A DNA stretch of 62,364 bases, the filler included. It is 11 parts of 11 records of this genome, joined end to end, with 100 filler letters (N's around TTAATTAATTAA, not from the genome) between each part and the next. Parts side by side here need not be neighbours in the genome. Positions count along the whole stretch, not along the records: positions 19,596 to 24,114 come from SRR7504441_8101; positions 24,215 to 27,376 come from SRR7504441_8104; positions 27,477 to 33,635 come from SRR7504441_8109; positions 33,736 to 41,878 come from SRR7504441_8113; 7 more parts are not named here. One strand, given 5' to 3'. Of this stretch, positions 22,368-35,033 are shown one piece after another; position 1 is the stretch's first letter; every line of letters begins with the position of its first letter. Both the position numbers and the translations under genes were made by a program. Below the pieces are notes generated by a model, which was not told where the DNA came from, ran no database searches, and saw only the letters and a program-made list of their open reading frames with translations.

Positions 22368-24114
22368 ATGGACTTGCCGCCGGCGCGGACGCGGCTGTGG
22401 TTCGAGCGGCTGTCTCCCCGGTGCATCAAGCTCGTGTTCTGGTCGCTGCTCGCGGGTGTGCTCGGCACCGCAGTCTACCTGATCGTAGCTAGCAACCTCG
22501 AGGGGTATGACTACCTGGCAGCCTCACCCGAGTGCACCGGCTGCAAGTGCTCGTGGCAATTCGAGCTCGAGGGCTGGGCCGGCGCCAAGTTCGCCATGGG
22601 CTCCATCGCCGGGCTGGACGGGCAGCCGGTGACCGTCAGAATCACTGGCGGCGGCTGGGATCAATCTGGCTCGGCCGAGTCTTTCGATGGCCCGGCGTTC
22701 TACCTGGCTTGGCTGTCCGGTAAAGAGCAGTACACGCTCACCGCCAGCGCGCCCCGGATCTGCCAGGAGAGCTACCAGCCGGAGCTGGCGGTGCTCACTC
22801 CGCCTGACTTGGCACAGCAATGGTTCGTTGCCACGCGGGTCATCATGATCGCAGGGCTCGCAGTGCTGCTCGCCAAACAGTGCCACGCGTGCTGGGCCGC
22901 GGTTCCCACCGGAGTCCCGCTGATCTCGATCGGATTTGCGTGCTTGAGTGCTGTGTATCTGGGTGGGCTCGTGAGCGAGCTGTTTTACTTTCCTGCTGGA
23001 CATCTCTCACGGATGGTGCTGGTCATGATCCTGGCGATGACTCTTGCATGCAGCTGGCACCGGATGCTGATTGAGGCAAACGCCAACTCCAAGCAAAAGT
23101 TGACTGCTGCCGGGTGTGCGATGCTGGCAGATCTGCAGTTGGCGTACAGTTGGATCACCCGTTGGCAGCTGCGGGACAGCTGGTCAGTCCAGCTTGCGAC
23201 CGTTGCAATTCCGTTGCTCGTTTGGGCAGATGTGATCGCATTCAACTGTCTAGCGGTGCGCCAGACCAGCTGGCCCGGCCTAGCGTGGTTGGGACAGATT
23301 GCGGAGGCCGCCAAGGGACCCATCCAGGTGGCCTTTTGGAAATATCCCGGACCCGAGACTACTGAACTTTGGCTGGGCCTGTTTGCCTTGCGCGTGTTGG
23401 TCATATGGGTGAGCTTTTACGTATTGGACGATTCTTTGATCAAGATGCTGCGATCGGTTCCGTATTCAGTGGTGCATCGGCAACTCGCGTTACGGAGGAT
23501 GCTACTACTCTCAGGCTATGTGGCGCTCCTCGGAATGCTCGTGCTGGTTATTGGTAATGCTCTGTTGGAGAGGGACGGCGATAGCCCGCCTGGATGGGAA
23601 TCTAGGCTTGAGATCCAGCTGGCTGGGCCGCCACGCGACGGCCAGCTGGTGTCAGCCGTCTGGATATGGCTGTACATCATGCTGGTGGGTCTATGCACGC
23701 TGCCATACACGGTACAGACTGATAGAGACTCGGTCCTGTACACTAGCGGTGGCCTCGCCCGGAAGGATGAGGTCCATGACGAGAGTCGGATCACCGGCAC
23801 AAGCCCAAAGGGCTCGAGCCGCTGGGGCACTGACCTACAAATGATTCGCATTCAGGCACCAGCCCTTATCGCGACTAGCCGCCTTCTAGGCCTTCTTCCG
23901 TATTGCACTGACTGGGTGTGAGCAGAGCTCGCTGTGCGATTGGGCCTATCGCTCGGCTGCGAAGCCTTGCCCTCAAGAAAACGAATCAACCGACGGCCTT
24001 GCCCGCAGATATCTGACACCAGGCATGCGACTGAAGGCAGCTGCTGAACAGGGGCAGGCGCTGCACTTGTTCGCACCGAGACCGAGACTTGGGAGATCCC
24101 CAAAACTGCAGAAG
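22368..24114 (+). CDS. Multi-pass membrane protein, possibly TMEM181/Wntless-like; probably continues to the spacer
   Basis: One N-terminal TM, a luminal loop, then about seven hydrophobic helices; a GC-AG intron after IRIQ bypasses the 23921 stop into a further open frame. Confidence 0.6.
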
Positions 24115-24214
24115 NNNNNNNNNNNNNNNNNNNNNNNNNNNNNNNNNNNNNNNNNNNNTTAATTAATTAANNNNNNNNNNNNNNNNNNNNNNNNNNNNNN
24201 NNNNNNNNNNNNNN
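24115..24214. other. Artificial contig spacer
   Basis: 44 N + TTAATTAATTAA + 44 N. Confidence 0.98.
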
Positions 24215-24935
24215 GCTGGTCATTCTCATCTTCTTCTGTGGCTCCAAGGACGCCGGCGTGGTGCGGTGGCGGTCGGGCCACGCCGAGCGTTGTGCAGGCG
24301 ACGTACGTAGCTCTCGTGCTGCTATTAATCTATGTCGCGTTCCGCATCAATCCAATGGTCTGTGTCGCGCTGCTGTGGGGGTGCGCCGTCAAAGCCAGCG
24401 ACGGTGCGGCTCTGGCGGGGCGCGAGTGACGAGTGGTGCTGCAGGTGAGTTGATAGGACTATTGTCGGGATTCGTTGGGCTGATCAGTTGGTTTTATTAC
24501 GGGCTTTATCTCGTGGCTTTCTTGGCGATAGGTGGCACCGGCCAGCAGCTCAGGCCTGAGCCGGGCTGGCCAGAGGGCGTTTTGTGTAAGTGGTGTGCGG
24601 GCGAGTGGGTGCCTCAGTCAAAGTGGGTGCCAAAAGGCCACCAGAAGATGGCGCTGTCGGTCGCCGTTTTTGCCGTAGTCAATGGAATCGGCGGCGCCTC
24701 GGTGCTGGCAGGTGCGGCCAGTGCTGGCGATGGGTGATGGCGGGCAGGGCTGCTTGCTGGGCTGGCCGTGTACATGGTCGGGTGGGCGCTCGGGATGTTG
24801 ATACTGTATGAGGCCGAGCACGGCTCTGGGATGCATCACGAGGAGCGGAAGCAAGCCGAGACTGCCCGGCGGGATAAGAAGGACGCCAAAAGGAAAGTGA
24901 AGAAGGAGGCCAAGAAGGAGCGGAAAAAACGGTGA
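24215..24935 (+). CDS. Multi-pass membrane protein, 3' part, Lys-rich tail
   Basis: Several hydrophobic exons (YVALVLLLIYVAF, LIGLLSGFVGLISWFYYGLYL, LLAGLAVYMVGWALGML) ending RRDKKDAKRKVKKEAKKERKKR*. Confidence 0.6.
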
Positions 24936-25171
24936 TGCTGTACAGTACACTTAGTCCGTCGTAGCGGCTTTTTGTGAGCAAAGCTCCGAGTTGGGGTGGT
25001 GCGGTTTAGGTGCGGTTAATTCTCTGACGGATAGATATAAACCGTCGCGTGTGCATGATGCGTATTAAAGTGCTACAATTCGACTAGGGTTTAACTAGGG
25101 TTCTGGATGGCTGATTTATATAGTGCAAGGCAGGCCGCACCGCGCAGGCAGCAGCGGGCGGCCCGCTGTAG

Positions 25172-25456
25172 TTATACCTCGGCGGCTGTGGTGGCTGCGC
25201 TGTCCTCCGTGGGTGGCGCACCCGCCGGCGCCGTTACGTTCTGTGCAGGCTGGGGTTTGGGCCGGCGCATCAGCATCGCCACCGACTGGGAGACTGCTGC
25301 AGGCCGGGGGGCAGGCACCGAGCCTGCCCCGGAGTCTTGTTCGGGCTTGCCCTGGCGGTGTCGGCGCTCCTGGATCTCCCGGTGGATCTCCTTCTGCTTC
25401 TGGTGCTCCTGCCGGCTCCGTGCGCTCCGCTTCTGGTGAAATTCCTTAAACTTCAT
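25172..25456 (-). CDS. Small basic hypothetical protein (94 aa)
   Basis: MKFKEFHQKRSARSRQEHQKQKEIHREIQERR..; divergent partner of the next gene. Confidence 0.4.
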   Translation of the reverse strand: MKFKEFHQKRSARSRQEHQKQKEIHREIQERRHRQGKPEQDSGAGSVPAPRPAAVSQSVAMLMRRPKPQPAQNVTAPAGAPPTEDSAATTAAEV

Positions 25457-25555
25457 CGCCGCCGTCGGCGTGCCGGCGTGCGACCACTCGAACCAACGGA
25501 TTTTTGGAGGGGCCTCGGCCTGCTTCGAGGGAAGATGTGGGTAGCGTGAGGAGAG

Positions 25556-26380
25556 ATGAGCGAGCCGGAGGAGGACCCGGGGATATACATCATCTGCCTG
25601 CTGTGCGACCAGCTCGAGCGCTGGGAGCGGCACGTCCCCTCTGGCCAGCCCTGCCTGGTCTACCAGCCGCGGGCGGGCGAGCGCGAGCAGTACTTCCGCC
25701 TGGCGAATAAAGACCGGCCGATGGAGAGGATGTTGGAGTCTGCGGTGGCCAAGGGATTCGGGGCGCCCGGGATGCGTCGGTGGCTCCCGCATGTGGCACT
25801 GGTCCAGTACGCCGGGCCTGCGGGAACCGGGGGCCCAGCGGTGGTCCGGCCGGAGTGCACACCAGCCGACCTGGGGCTGGCCCCGAACCGTGCGGCCGGG
25901 GCGTGCGCGGGCGGCTGACCGGCCCGGCAGGCAAGTTGGACATCCCTTACAAGTTCCACGTGCTGAGCCGGCCGCTGAACCCGCCAGTCACGATAGGCCC
26001 GGCGAGCCTGCAGCGCAAGCGCGAATTGGACAGCCAAGGTGCCCCGCCCGGCCTAGCCGGCCAGCCGCGGGGCAGGGCGCGGGCCCCCAGACAGCGAGGA
26101 CTGGCCGGCTGAGCTCGGCCCAAACGAGGACCCAGGGGACTTGCTCATAGACTCGCATGCACGTGATGATTTGCTCCTAGTCCAGCCGGCGCCGGCGGAG
26201 TCGCCAGCACGCGACGATTTGCTGCTGGGACAGCCGGCGCCAGTGGAGCCGGCTAAGAAGCCGCCGGCACGGATCGAGTCCTTGGAGGATCTACTAATGG
26301 ATGGTATCCCCGACAATATTCCTAACAATACTAGGTCGCCGCCGCCGTCGAAGACGTCTGTAGAGGATCTCTTATTCTAG
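25556..26380 (+). CDS. Hypothetical protein with a possible SUMO/ubiquitin-like domain and an acidic DLL-repeat tail, 2 introns
   Basis: QYFRLANKDRPMERMLES..ECTPADLGL resembles SUMO-like domains; tail has GDLL, DDLL (x2, from a 48-nt tandem duplication) and EDLL (x2). Confidence 0.5.
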
Positions 26381-26454
26381 CCCACTGGTAGCCCACTGGT
26401 AACCAAACTACATAAGCATAATTGAGTTTACTAGCCCGTTTACCAACCGAAATC

Positions 26455-27376
26455 CTAGCCGGCCTCGCCCGGCTCGCCCTCCAGCAGCGCCGGCAGCACC
26501 GCGCCGAGGCAGTCGGCCAAGAGCGTGTACCCGGCGGGGGTCAGGTGGAGGAGGTCGTACATGAGGTCGACGGGCAGGTACGGCGCGCCGCTCGCATTTG
26601 GCCGCAGTTGCGCTGCGGGCGGCGTCGTGCGCCGCAGCAAGCTGGCGCCGCAGTCGACGAAGCTTACGCGCGGCCCGTGCGCCTCCGCCCACTCGCGCAG
26701 CCCGCGGTTGAGCGCGCTTACGCCCACGTAGTGGTTGTTGCGCTGCGGGTCCCACCAGCCCGCACGGCGGAAGGCGCGCGTCTTGGGCGTGCCCTCGTCC
26801 GAGCCGCGAGGGAGGACCGCGTGCAGCAGCACGCTGGCGGCGGGGCGCGCCTGTCGCAGCTGCTGCACGAGGGCCGTCACCTCGGCGAGCGCAACGGCGG
26901 CCGCCTCGCCGGTGCCCAGGTCGTTGGTGCCGATGAGCAGCACGAAGAGCTGCGGCTGCAGCTGCGCCGCCGCGAGCAGCCCGTGCTGCAGCCTCCACCC
27001 GAGGTCTTGGACCCTGTCGCCGCCGACGCCAAAGTTGAGCGGGCTCCACCGACCAAAGGCCCGGTGCCAGATGGCCTCGCACGCGGGCTGCGCGATCGAC
27101 TCGCCCCTCGCGGACAGGCCGGTCCGCAGCCAGCCCTCGGTGATCGAGTCGCCGAGGAAGACGAGCCGAGAGCCGCGCGCATGCTGCGCCTCCTTCACGT
27201 GCGTGGCGTGAAGCCGGCGCCATCGCTCGGCGGCCGTGCCGTGCAGCTCAGGCCGAGGCGCGGGCCAGCGACCGATGGCCGAGCGGATCAGCGGTTGGTC
27301 GCACGACCAGAGCTCGCACGTCGATCGGAAGCCGCTGCTCGGCCGCGTCCAGACGTAGAGCCCCAGCGCCGCCAGC
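26455..27376 (-). CDS. SGNH/GDSL hydrolase (PAF-acetylhydrolase IB-like), 5' end possibly truncated
   Basis: Blocks LVFLGDSITEGW, LNFGVGGD, LLIGTNDL, DLLHLT. Confidence 0.85.
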
Positions 27377-27476
27377 NNNNNNNNNNNNNNNNNNNNNNNN
27401 NNNNNNNNNNNNNNNNNNNNTTAATTAATTAANNNNNNNNNNNNNNNNNNNNNNNNNNNNNNNNNNNNNNNNNNNN
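27377..27476. other. Artificial contig spacer
   Basis: 44 N + TTAATTAATTAA + 44 N. Confidence 0.98.
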
Positions 27477-27607
27477 ATGAAGCAGGGGGAATTATTGCTT
27501 CGAACAACATGCTTAGCTCCCGGGCCGAGTCGCTCCCTCCCCGACCCACGACTGAGCCGACTTGTGCTTCCAGCGGCAATAAGTAAGCCCCCTCGGGCCC
27601 ACAAGGC

Positions 27608-28009
27608 ATGGGTATACTACTACGTTGGGGGCATGTGCAGTATCTTGCGGCCGCCTTCCAGCTGGTCGCTGGCTCCTTCATGATCTTCTCCCCAGACCAA
27701 CTATTGAACGGCTACAAGCCAGCCGCCGGTTACGAGACCCTCGCCTTCGAGTGGTTTGGCTGCGCGTGCATTTGCTTCGGCATTAGCCTTTTCATTGGCG
27801 GCAGCGCCATGAAGCTCCCCAACTTCCTATACCAAGCTATGATGGTAGTGTCTATGGGTACCACATTCTTCGGCAAGCCGTGGCGACCCCAGAGTGCTGT
27901 CAGCGACGGAAGTTGGGCTATGGTGCCCGCAACTTTCCACGCCCTCTTCACTGTCTGTGCTTTTATGGCACTCAATGAGCCAACCGCTATCAAGAAGAAG
28001 GGCCAATAA
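27608..28009 (+). CDS. Small ~4-TM membrane protein with a C-terminal KKxx ER-retrieval-like motif
   Basis: Four hydrophobic segments; ends IKKKGQ*. Confidence 0.6.
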   Translation: MGILLRWGHVQYLAAAFQLVAGSFMIFSPDQLLNGYKPAAGYETLAFEWFGCACICFGISLFIGGSAMKLPNFLYQAMMVVSMGTTFFGKPWRPQSAVSDGSWAMVPATFHALFTVCAFMALNEPTAIKKKGQ

Positions 28010-28427
28010 GCAGCGTAAATTGTACAATACTTAAAGAATTGTTAGCCTCTTGAGATCCTCATTCATCGCTCTTGTCAGAGTTCTTGAAGACTTGAACTTA
28101 TCTAATTCTTGAACTTGAATCAATCGATCAGTCATTGACGACCTGCAGCTGTGTTTTTTCTTAATACATTTTTGATTTATTTGTTGATGAGGTTCGATAG
28201 CCTAAGGTTGATTATCGATTTCTAGATTCGATGAAAGTACAAGTACCGTAACGAGTACTCCGTACTCACACAATCATCATTTCAGTGGAGAGATGGACGA
28301 CTGAGGCTCAAGCTTAGCCGATGCGAGCTATTACCAGACCCTGAAGTTATTCCATCAGAAGTTGAGCACTCAATGATAAGCATTCACGCCCAAGATCAGC
28401 GACGCCACAGCTATGTCACAGCTCGGC

Positions 28428-31400
28428 TCAGTTGCCGGAGCACATTTTGAACATGTCGCCGAGCGACACCACGTTGAACGCCGACTCCTTCAAGTACACG
28501 TTGACGTGCTCAGCTACCGCAGTGAAGTGCTGGAGCGTGCCGTTCCGCTTCATCTTAGGCACCAAGTGCTCGATGTCGTCGGCCTGCCCGCGGGCCTTGC
28601 GCTCCATCATGGTGTCGGCTCGCTTGACGTCGAAGATGCTCTGCAGGTGCAGCAGCTGCAGGTACAGGCTCCGGTCGGAGATCTCGCGGGTCACCCGGCC
28701 GCGACAGCCCAATGAAAGGCACTGGCGGCCCACTTCGCTCCGGGTAGTGAGCGAGCCACCGCCATGAACGTAGCTACCAAAGCACACCTGGCGTGTGCGG
28801 TGCTTGCATGTCGGCTCCTCGCACACCATCCATCCGTCCTGCCAGGCGACGATGGCTGAGCGGATAGCCATCGTGACAGCATTCTGCACATAGGCGGTGG
28901 GCATGGTCTTGTTGCACGCGGGGCACTGCAGCCTCTTGGCCCATTCGACGGTGGCCGGCTGGTAGCTCACGCTGCAGTGGGGGCAGGTCAGATCGAAGGG
29001 CGTGCAGTCTCGGAAGCGCTCGTTGTCGTCCAGGCTGGCTGCCTGGGCTGCATCTTGATCATCTCGGTCCATAGTGTTGATTTGGCGGAACTTGGAAGCA
29101 TCAAGCCCGAGGCATTCGGCCAGCTGCGACGAATCAGTACCGTCGATTGGCGCCAGCAGACGGCAGATGGGCGGGTGGATTTGGTTTGAGAGGTACCATT
29201 CCGTATCCACCTGAAGCATGCCCTCAGCTCGCATGATCTGGTCCGGATGGTGCGCGCGCTGGGCAAAGTTGGCGGTCTCGTCGCCCTTGCAGATCACGTA
29301 CTGAATGTGCATACCCACGGTGACCGGGTCACCGCGCTTCTGCAGCTGCCTGGCAACTTGCACGTGAGGCAGCCCCTTGGCGTCCGGGTAGGCCTCTGGT
29401 GGCTTCGTCAGGCTCTTGTGGATAATGTACTTGGAAAGTGGGTACTGGTTGGTCCGCACATTGACCGCCACCTCGCGCATGTGGTTGTGGATGGCCGAGA
29501 GAACCTCGTCAGAGTTCTGACCGGAGAGGATCTGGTCCAGCACGTAGTTGCCAGCATCTTGAGACAGCTCGCACCAGTCGCGACGGACAAGGTCCAGCCC
29601 CTTGGTCTCCTTGGTGGTCGTGTAACTGCCATCTTTCTGCTCGTTGATCATCAAGGCGGCGTATTTCTTCTTGTTGAGCAGCAGCATCGACTGCATGATG
29701 CCGTCGATCTCGATCTCGAGCAGCTTGTACATCTTGTTGACCTCCAGTTTGATCTGCCTCCCGATCTCCTTGACCTTGTCCAGGTCAGAGGTCCCAGTGT
29801 ACACCATGATCGAGTCAGTGTCGCCATAGATCACGTCGTAGTTCATAGTCTGCTGGGCTAAGTCCATTGTGTTCTGCAGAATGTCACGGCCCTTGTACGT
29901 CACCAGGGCAGCCAGTGGCTTGGCGTAGAAGCGCGAGTACGTGAAGCCCAGGCAACCGTACATTGAGTTCGCCATGATCTTGAGAGCCATCTGCCGGATG
30001 TCCAGCTGCTTGTACTTGGCCTGGTTCTTCTCGGTCTTCAGCAGTGCTTTGACCTGTGCAGTTGCAATTATCAGTACCCTGCAGGTGCCGACAGGTGATT
30101 GGTCACCTGGCGACGTCGATCCACAAGCGTCTTGATCAGCCGGGGGAGGATCCCGCGCTCTGCAGTAGGAGCAGGAGGCTCGGGGATGGCCATGTCCTCT
30201 TCGGTGCTGCTAGTGTTCTCCTTGTCGTACTCGACAGTGGTGAAGCAGATGTTGTACTCCTGCGACCAGCAGATGTGAGTGTCGACAGAGGCAAACTGGC
30301 GCACCTGGATGATGGAAGGGTACAGACTGTTGAAATCGAGCAGGAGAACACACTTGTCGTAGAATCCACGCTTCGGCTCGAGCACAAGACCACCTGGGGC
30401 TTTCTCAACAACAAGCTACTTAGCAGTCTACACACCAGCGTATGCCGGCTTCTTCCTCTTCCGCCACTCGTTGGCTGCCACAGCGTCGTCCTGGTCGTTG
30501 TTCTGAGCGACTGGCGCAGCCTTCTTCTTGTAGCCTGCCTTATCGGGCACGATATACTTGAGGTTGTGGAACTCGTGCAACAGCAAGTACTCGATCCGCT
30601 CGGCCCTTTGCGAGAAGAGCGACTTCTGCCACAGGTTGCCCGCCAGGTTGGTCAGCTGCTTGGTCAGCGGCAGCACTTGCAGCTTGAACATCAGCAAGAG
30701 CACCAGGTGAGCCTCGCGGGTGCAGTGCTCGGCCAGCTGGAGCAGATCGCGCGACCCCCGATAGAAGTTCGGAATGTCGTCAGCGTCGACAGATTGGTGC
30801 TGGGTCTCCAAGATGGCCTGTGCCAAGTGAGAGAGAGAATAATTCTTCTGGCGGACGAGCTCCTTCGAAGTCATCCATGTGTCACACACCAGGCGCCCGG
30901 CGGTGGCCTGGCGCTTGATGTTCTCGATCAGGTTTGCCTTGAGCTGGGGCATTTTGGACCTGCGCAGCCGCCCAATCCTGGACCAGTTGGAGGTCTTCTT
31001 TGCGTCCATCCGCTTGAGCAGCACCTCGAGGTCCACAGCGCTGATGGCGTGCCCCACAATCACATCAGGGTCGCACTTGTGCAGCTTGGTGACAAAGAGC
31101 TGCAGCAGAGCGTGCTCGGAGCTGCACAAGTCGATGTGCCGGCCCGTGGCCTTGACCGCGGCGGCCAGGTCATGAGGGAACGGCCTGTCTGCAAGCCTGC
31201 GCACTATGCTGAAGTGCGAGAACTTGGGCGAGTCGGTGGCGTTCTCGATGCTGACCTTGTTGTGAACGATCGCAGAAGCCATCACAATCTCGTCGCCTTG
31301 ATTGCCTTGTCCATGGACGGTCCGAAGCCGGATGCTCATCACCTTGAGCTCTGGAGCAGGCGGGGCGTTCTGAATCACGGAGATCTGGGTCTTGGGGTCG

Positions 31401-33557
31401 GTGACGATTGCCCCAAACTTGCACCAAGAGTTCTGAGTCGCCGAGTCCTGCACACGGTGGAGCTTGACCCAGGACGGACCCTGCAGTTTCCGTCGCAGGA
31501 TGAAGTTCTCCAAGCAGCCTGTGTTGGTCCCGAAGATGTGGCTGAACGTCTGCCCGCACGTGACGCCCTTGAGCTGCGGCATTGTGAAAGGGTAGACCAC
31601 TTTCAGATACTCCGTCTTCTCAGTGGGCACTCCGGCGATTTCAAACGCATACTCGCGCTCAACACGGCACGACTGGATCTTGTTGACCCGGTTCCGTGCA
31701 CAGATCTGCGCGATCTCCTTGGCCACGTCCTCGAAGCTGACCTGTCCGCCGATCGGTTAGTGCCAGCAGGAGGGGAGCGCGGATACCTCCTGGTCTGTTT
31801 CAGTCTCAAGGTCGGGCTCCATCAGGTACTTGCGTGGGAGCAGGTACATGCACCGCAGGTGGCCCTTGACCTCCACGCAGCAGCTGCTGTGCGTATTGAG
31901 CTCCTTGTTCCATACCTGAGAGTTTGCACGTGTCACGCACCAACCGCTAAGCCGAGCGACCTTTCCGAACATGTACACGGTGCCAGGGAAGGCATACTGA
32001 TCCTCAACAGCGTCAAACCAATAGAAATCAATCGAGCCGTCTTCATTCCGATCAGGCAGCTTCGCCGAGTTGGACGGCATCGATGTGTTGGCGTTCTGCA
32101 CTTTCTATCTCAGCAAAAGCGCAGTCAGCGCGAGTCTCACCTCAGAAGCCTCATCCTCCGCATTGTCCCAGAAGGCTGAATCCACCGCCATCGACTTTTT
32201 GTGCAGCTTGGGAGTGATATCCGGCAGCCCAGGGTTGGCAGCACCTGCTCTGGTGGTCAGCAAGCACATTGAGGCTCGAGCGGTGTACCTGACGGAGTGT
32301 TGTTTGACACAGCGCGCTGCGGAGCAATCGGAGTGTCATTATCCGGAGCCGGCTGGCTCATGCTGGGCGACGTCACGCCAGCCTGGGCTTGCGCTCCCGG
32401 AGAGTCCGCGGGCTCGGCCTCGCCTGCAGTCTGCCGTCACAAGAGTCCGCACCGCAGGACTGACCATTCGCCAGTGCCGCCTTCTTCTTGCGAAGAGCGG
32501 CCAGCTTCTGCTGTAGCTCGAGCTCCTCGATCTCGGCTTGCAGCTTCTGTTCCTCCGCGGAGGCCGGAGCCTTGGTCGGATTCTCAGCGAGAGGATCGTC
32601 GAAAACATCAATGCTTGCAGCCTGTCAGAGGGCTGTGAGCCAGGCAAGCAGCAGGGAGCGGACCTGGGGCGGCGGGGCAGCGTACGCAAATGCGTCAAAC
32701 TTTTTGGGTCGCTTGGCCAGCGGGGGCGGCTTTGCGTGCTTGGCCTTGTGCATGTTGAGAGCCGGAGCGGCATCAATAGTGATCCCAGCGTCATTGGCAA
32801 TGTCCCCAAGCATGGACTGCCAGGCCCGTCAGTGGTGGACCCTGGGCCGGCTGACCTGTAGCAAGTCGTCTGCTTCCACGGCCGCGACGTTCTGTGCCCG
32901 CTTCTTGTTCACCTGTGGGCAACAAGCCTTAGGCAGCTGGATCAGAGCCAAACGAACCGCGTTGATGTCCTTGCCACCCTTGAAGAAGTTTGAGACACCC
33001 ACCGCAGGCTTGGGCGGCGCCTTGGACCGCTTGGATCCTTTCTGCTGGTCGGCTGCCCGACACATGAGAGCCGAGCCGGGCCAAGCCGGCACCTTGATCG
33101 GACTTGCGCTTGGCCCGGTTGTCGCCTCCCTGATCCTCGGGGATGTCATCCTCCTGTCCCGGCCGCTCGCCACCCGCCCGACCGGGCAGGCCACCCCGTA
33201 ATGGTTGGTGGTCCAGTCCTCCTCCTCTCCGTAATCGACGTAGCCGGCCGCCGCCTCGTTATCGCCTGGCCAGACGATCGGGCCAGACCGGCCCGGCCGG
33301 CTCACCATCGTCCTCCACGAAATTCTCCTCCCGGCGTTGCTTCACCATCGCCTTGTACTGTTCCTCGTCCACCTCCTCGAACGCATCGCCCACGTCGGCC
33401 ACCTGAGCCCGGTCGGCCTCGCCCGGGGGCCGGCGCTCACGTCATGCTGGTCCGACCGCTTGGCCCGTCCCTCACGAGCCGCCTTGAGCTTCTCGAGCGC
33501 GTCCGCCCCGCTGGACGCCCGCTTCCCAGCGTTGGTCCGCTTGGACCGAGACTCCAT
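28428..33557 (-). CDS. POLA1: DNA polymerase alpha catalytic subunit, multi-intron
   Basis: Pol alpha N-terminus [41 protein letters not shown]; family B motifs [42 protein letters not shown]-terminal two Zn modules CPHC/CPAC and CEEPTC/CLSLGC. Confidence 0.96.
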
Positions 33558-33635
33558 TCTCACCCCGCGTTCAAGCGCCTCGGCAACGGCGGGGCGAGGT
33601 TTGAAATTCAACGGACTTTTACTGATTTATTTTTA

Positions 33636-33735
33636 NNNNNNNNNNNNNNNNNNNNNNNNNNNNNNNNNNNNNNNNNNNNTTAATTAATTAANNNNNNNNN
33701 NNNNNNNNNNNNNNNNNNNNNNNNNNNNNNNNNNN
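33636..33735. other. Artificial contig spacer
   Basis: 44 N + TTAATTAATTAA + 44 N. Confidence 0.98.
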
Positions 33736-34741
33736 CTTCCTCCGGGTAGGCCAGCGCCTCCTTGTCGCCGGCTGCCTCGTACGCCGAGTAGTAGCCCGGG
33801 AGCAGCTCGGCATCGATCCTGGCCTCGACTCTCTCTAGCATCAGCACCACACCTCCGCCGGTCATCTTGCTCATCTTGGCCTCGGCCGCCTGCTTGCAGC
33901 CCATCCCCATCAGCTCTAGCCCTATCTTCTGGTCGCCTCGGCTGGACGTCTCATCGAAATGCAGCCGGGCAATGTCCTTGACCAAATTGACTCTCAGCCG
34001 GTCGTTCGATCGCTGGATGTGCGACATGGCCTGCCGCAGCTGGATCAGCCCCGCTATGTAGTTGTCCAGCGGCGGTGCCTCGCACGGCTCTGTCTGCTCC
34101 AGCTCAGGCTGGCCGGGGCTGGCTGCCGGCTGCTGGTTTGGGAGGTTTTGGGAGGCAAAGCACAGCTTGAGGAAGTGCGCCTTGGCCCAGGGGTAGCACG
34201 AGGTGTGCTCGCCGGCGTTCCCGAGGATGCTACTGGCTGACTCGTCCTCGCGCATCTCCTGGATATCCTCCCACACCTCCCTCCCCCCGCACAACTCCAT
34301 CACGTCCATGAGCTGCACCCCCACCGCCACCGCAGCCACCGGCTCCTCCACCGGCTCCTCCTCGCTCTCCTCCTCCTCGCTCTCCTCGCTCTCCTCCTCG
34401 CTGGCCAGCTCGGTGTACTCGCCCGGCTCCTCGGGGCCCGCCGAATCGTAGTGGTCCAGCTCGGCCGGCATGAGCGGGGCCGGTGGCTCCCACTCAGCCG
34501 GCTGCTCCTCGGGCTCGGCCGGCTGCAGGTGGGCCTGCGGATTGGCCGGGTCGAACGGCGGCTTGGTGCGCGGCTGCTCCATCAGCCGAGTGAATATCTG
34601 GCAGATCTCGGCCACCCGCCGGTCCACCGTCTCCTGCGGGTCGGCCGCCACCTCGCGCAGGCTGTCCGCCGCCGCCGCCGCTGCCTCCGCCTCCACCGAC
34701 GGCCCGGACCCGTCGGCATCCGCCGAGGCGCAGTTGCCCAT
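33736..34741 (-). CDS. Acidic hypothetical protein with MGNC acylation motif, 3' truncated
   Basis: Long open frame from MGNCASAD, with an EEES-repeat segment, running into the spacer. Confidence 0.6.
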
Positions 34742-35033
34742 CAGACTGGGCGGGCAACCAGGCGCGATACAAGGGCCTCAGCTACCAACACAGCGACCAT
34801 GTTGCTGCATTTTTGTCCAACGCCACCCCTATGGCTCTCATCGAGTGCAGTACGAGTCTGCGTACAATGATTGCGCGTGCGGCATCGATAATCCAATTCT
34901 TTAATCACATGTCAAGCGGCCAAAGGGGCCAATTGGTGTGTGTGTCTAGATAAGTGTAATGATTGTACTGAGAAGTGAGAGTGAGGCAGTTGACGCAGTT
35001 GAAGGCAATATAGCCCTTGCGGTAGAACAAATT

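Noticed and set aside
25084-25102. Telomere-like ctagggtt x2
   Set aside because: Only two imperfect internal copies; compatible with chance.
30056-32179. 707-aa plus-strand ORF
   Set aside because: Antisense shadow of POLA1; no recognisable protein features.
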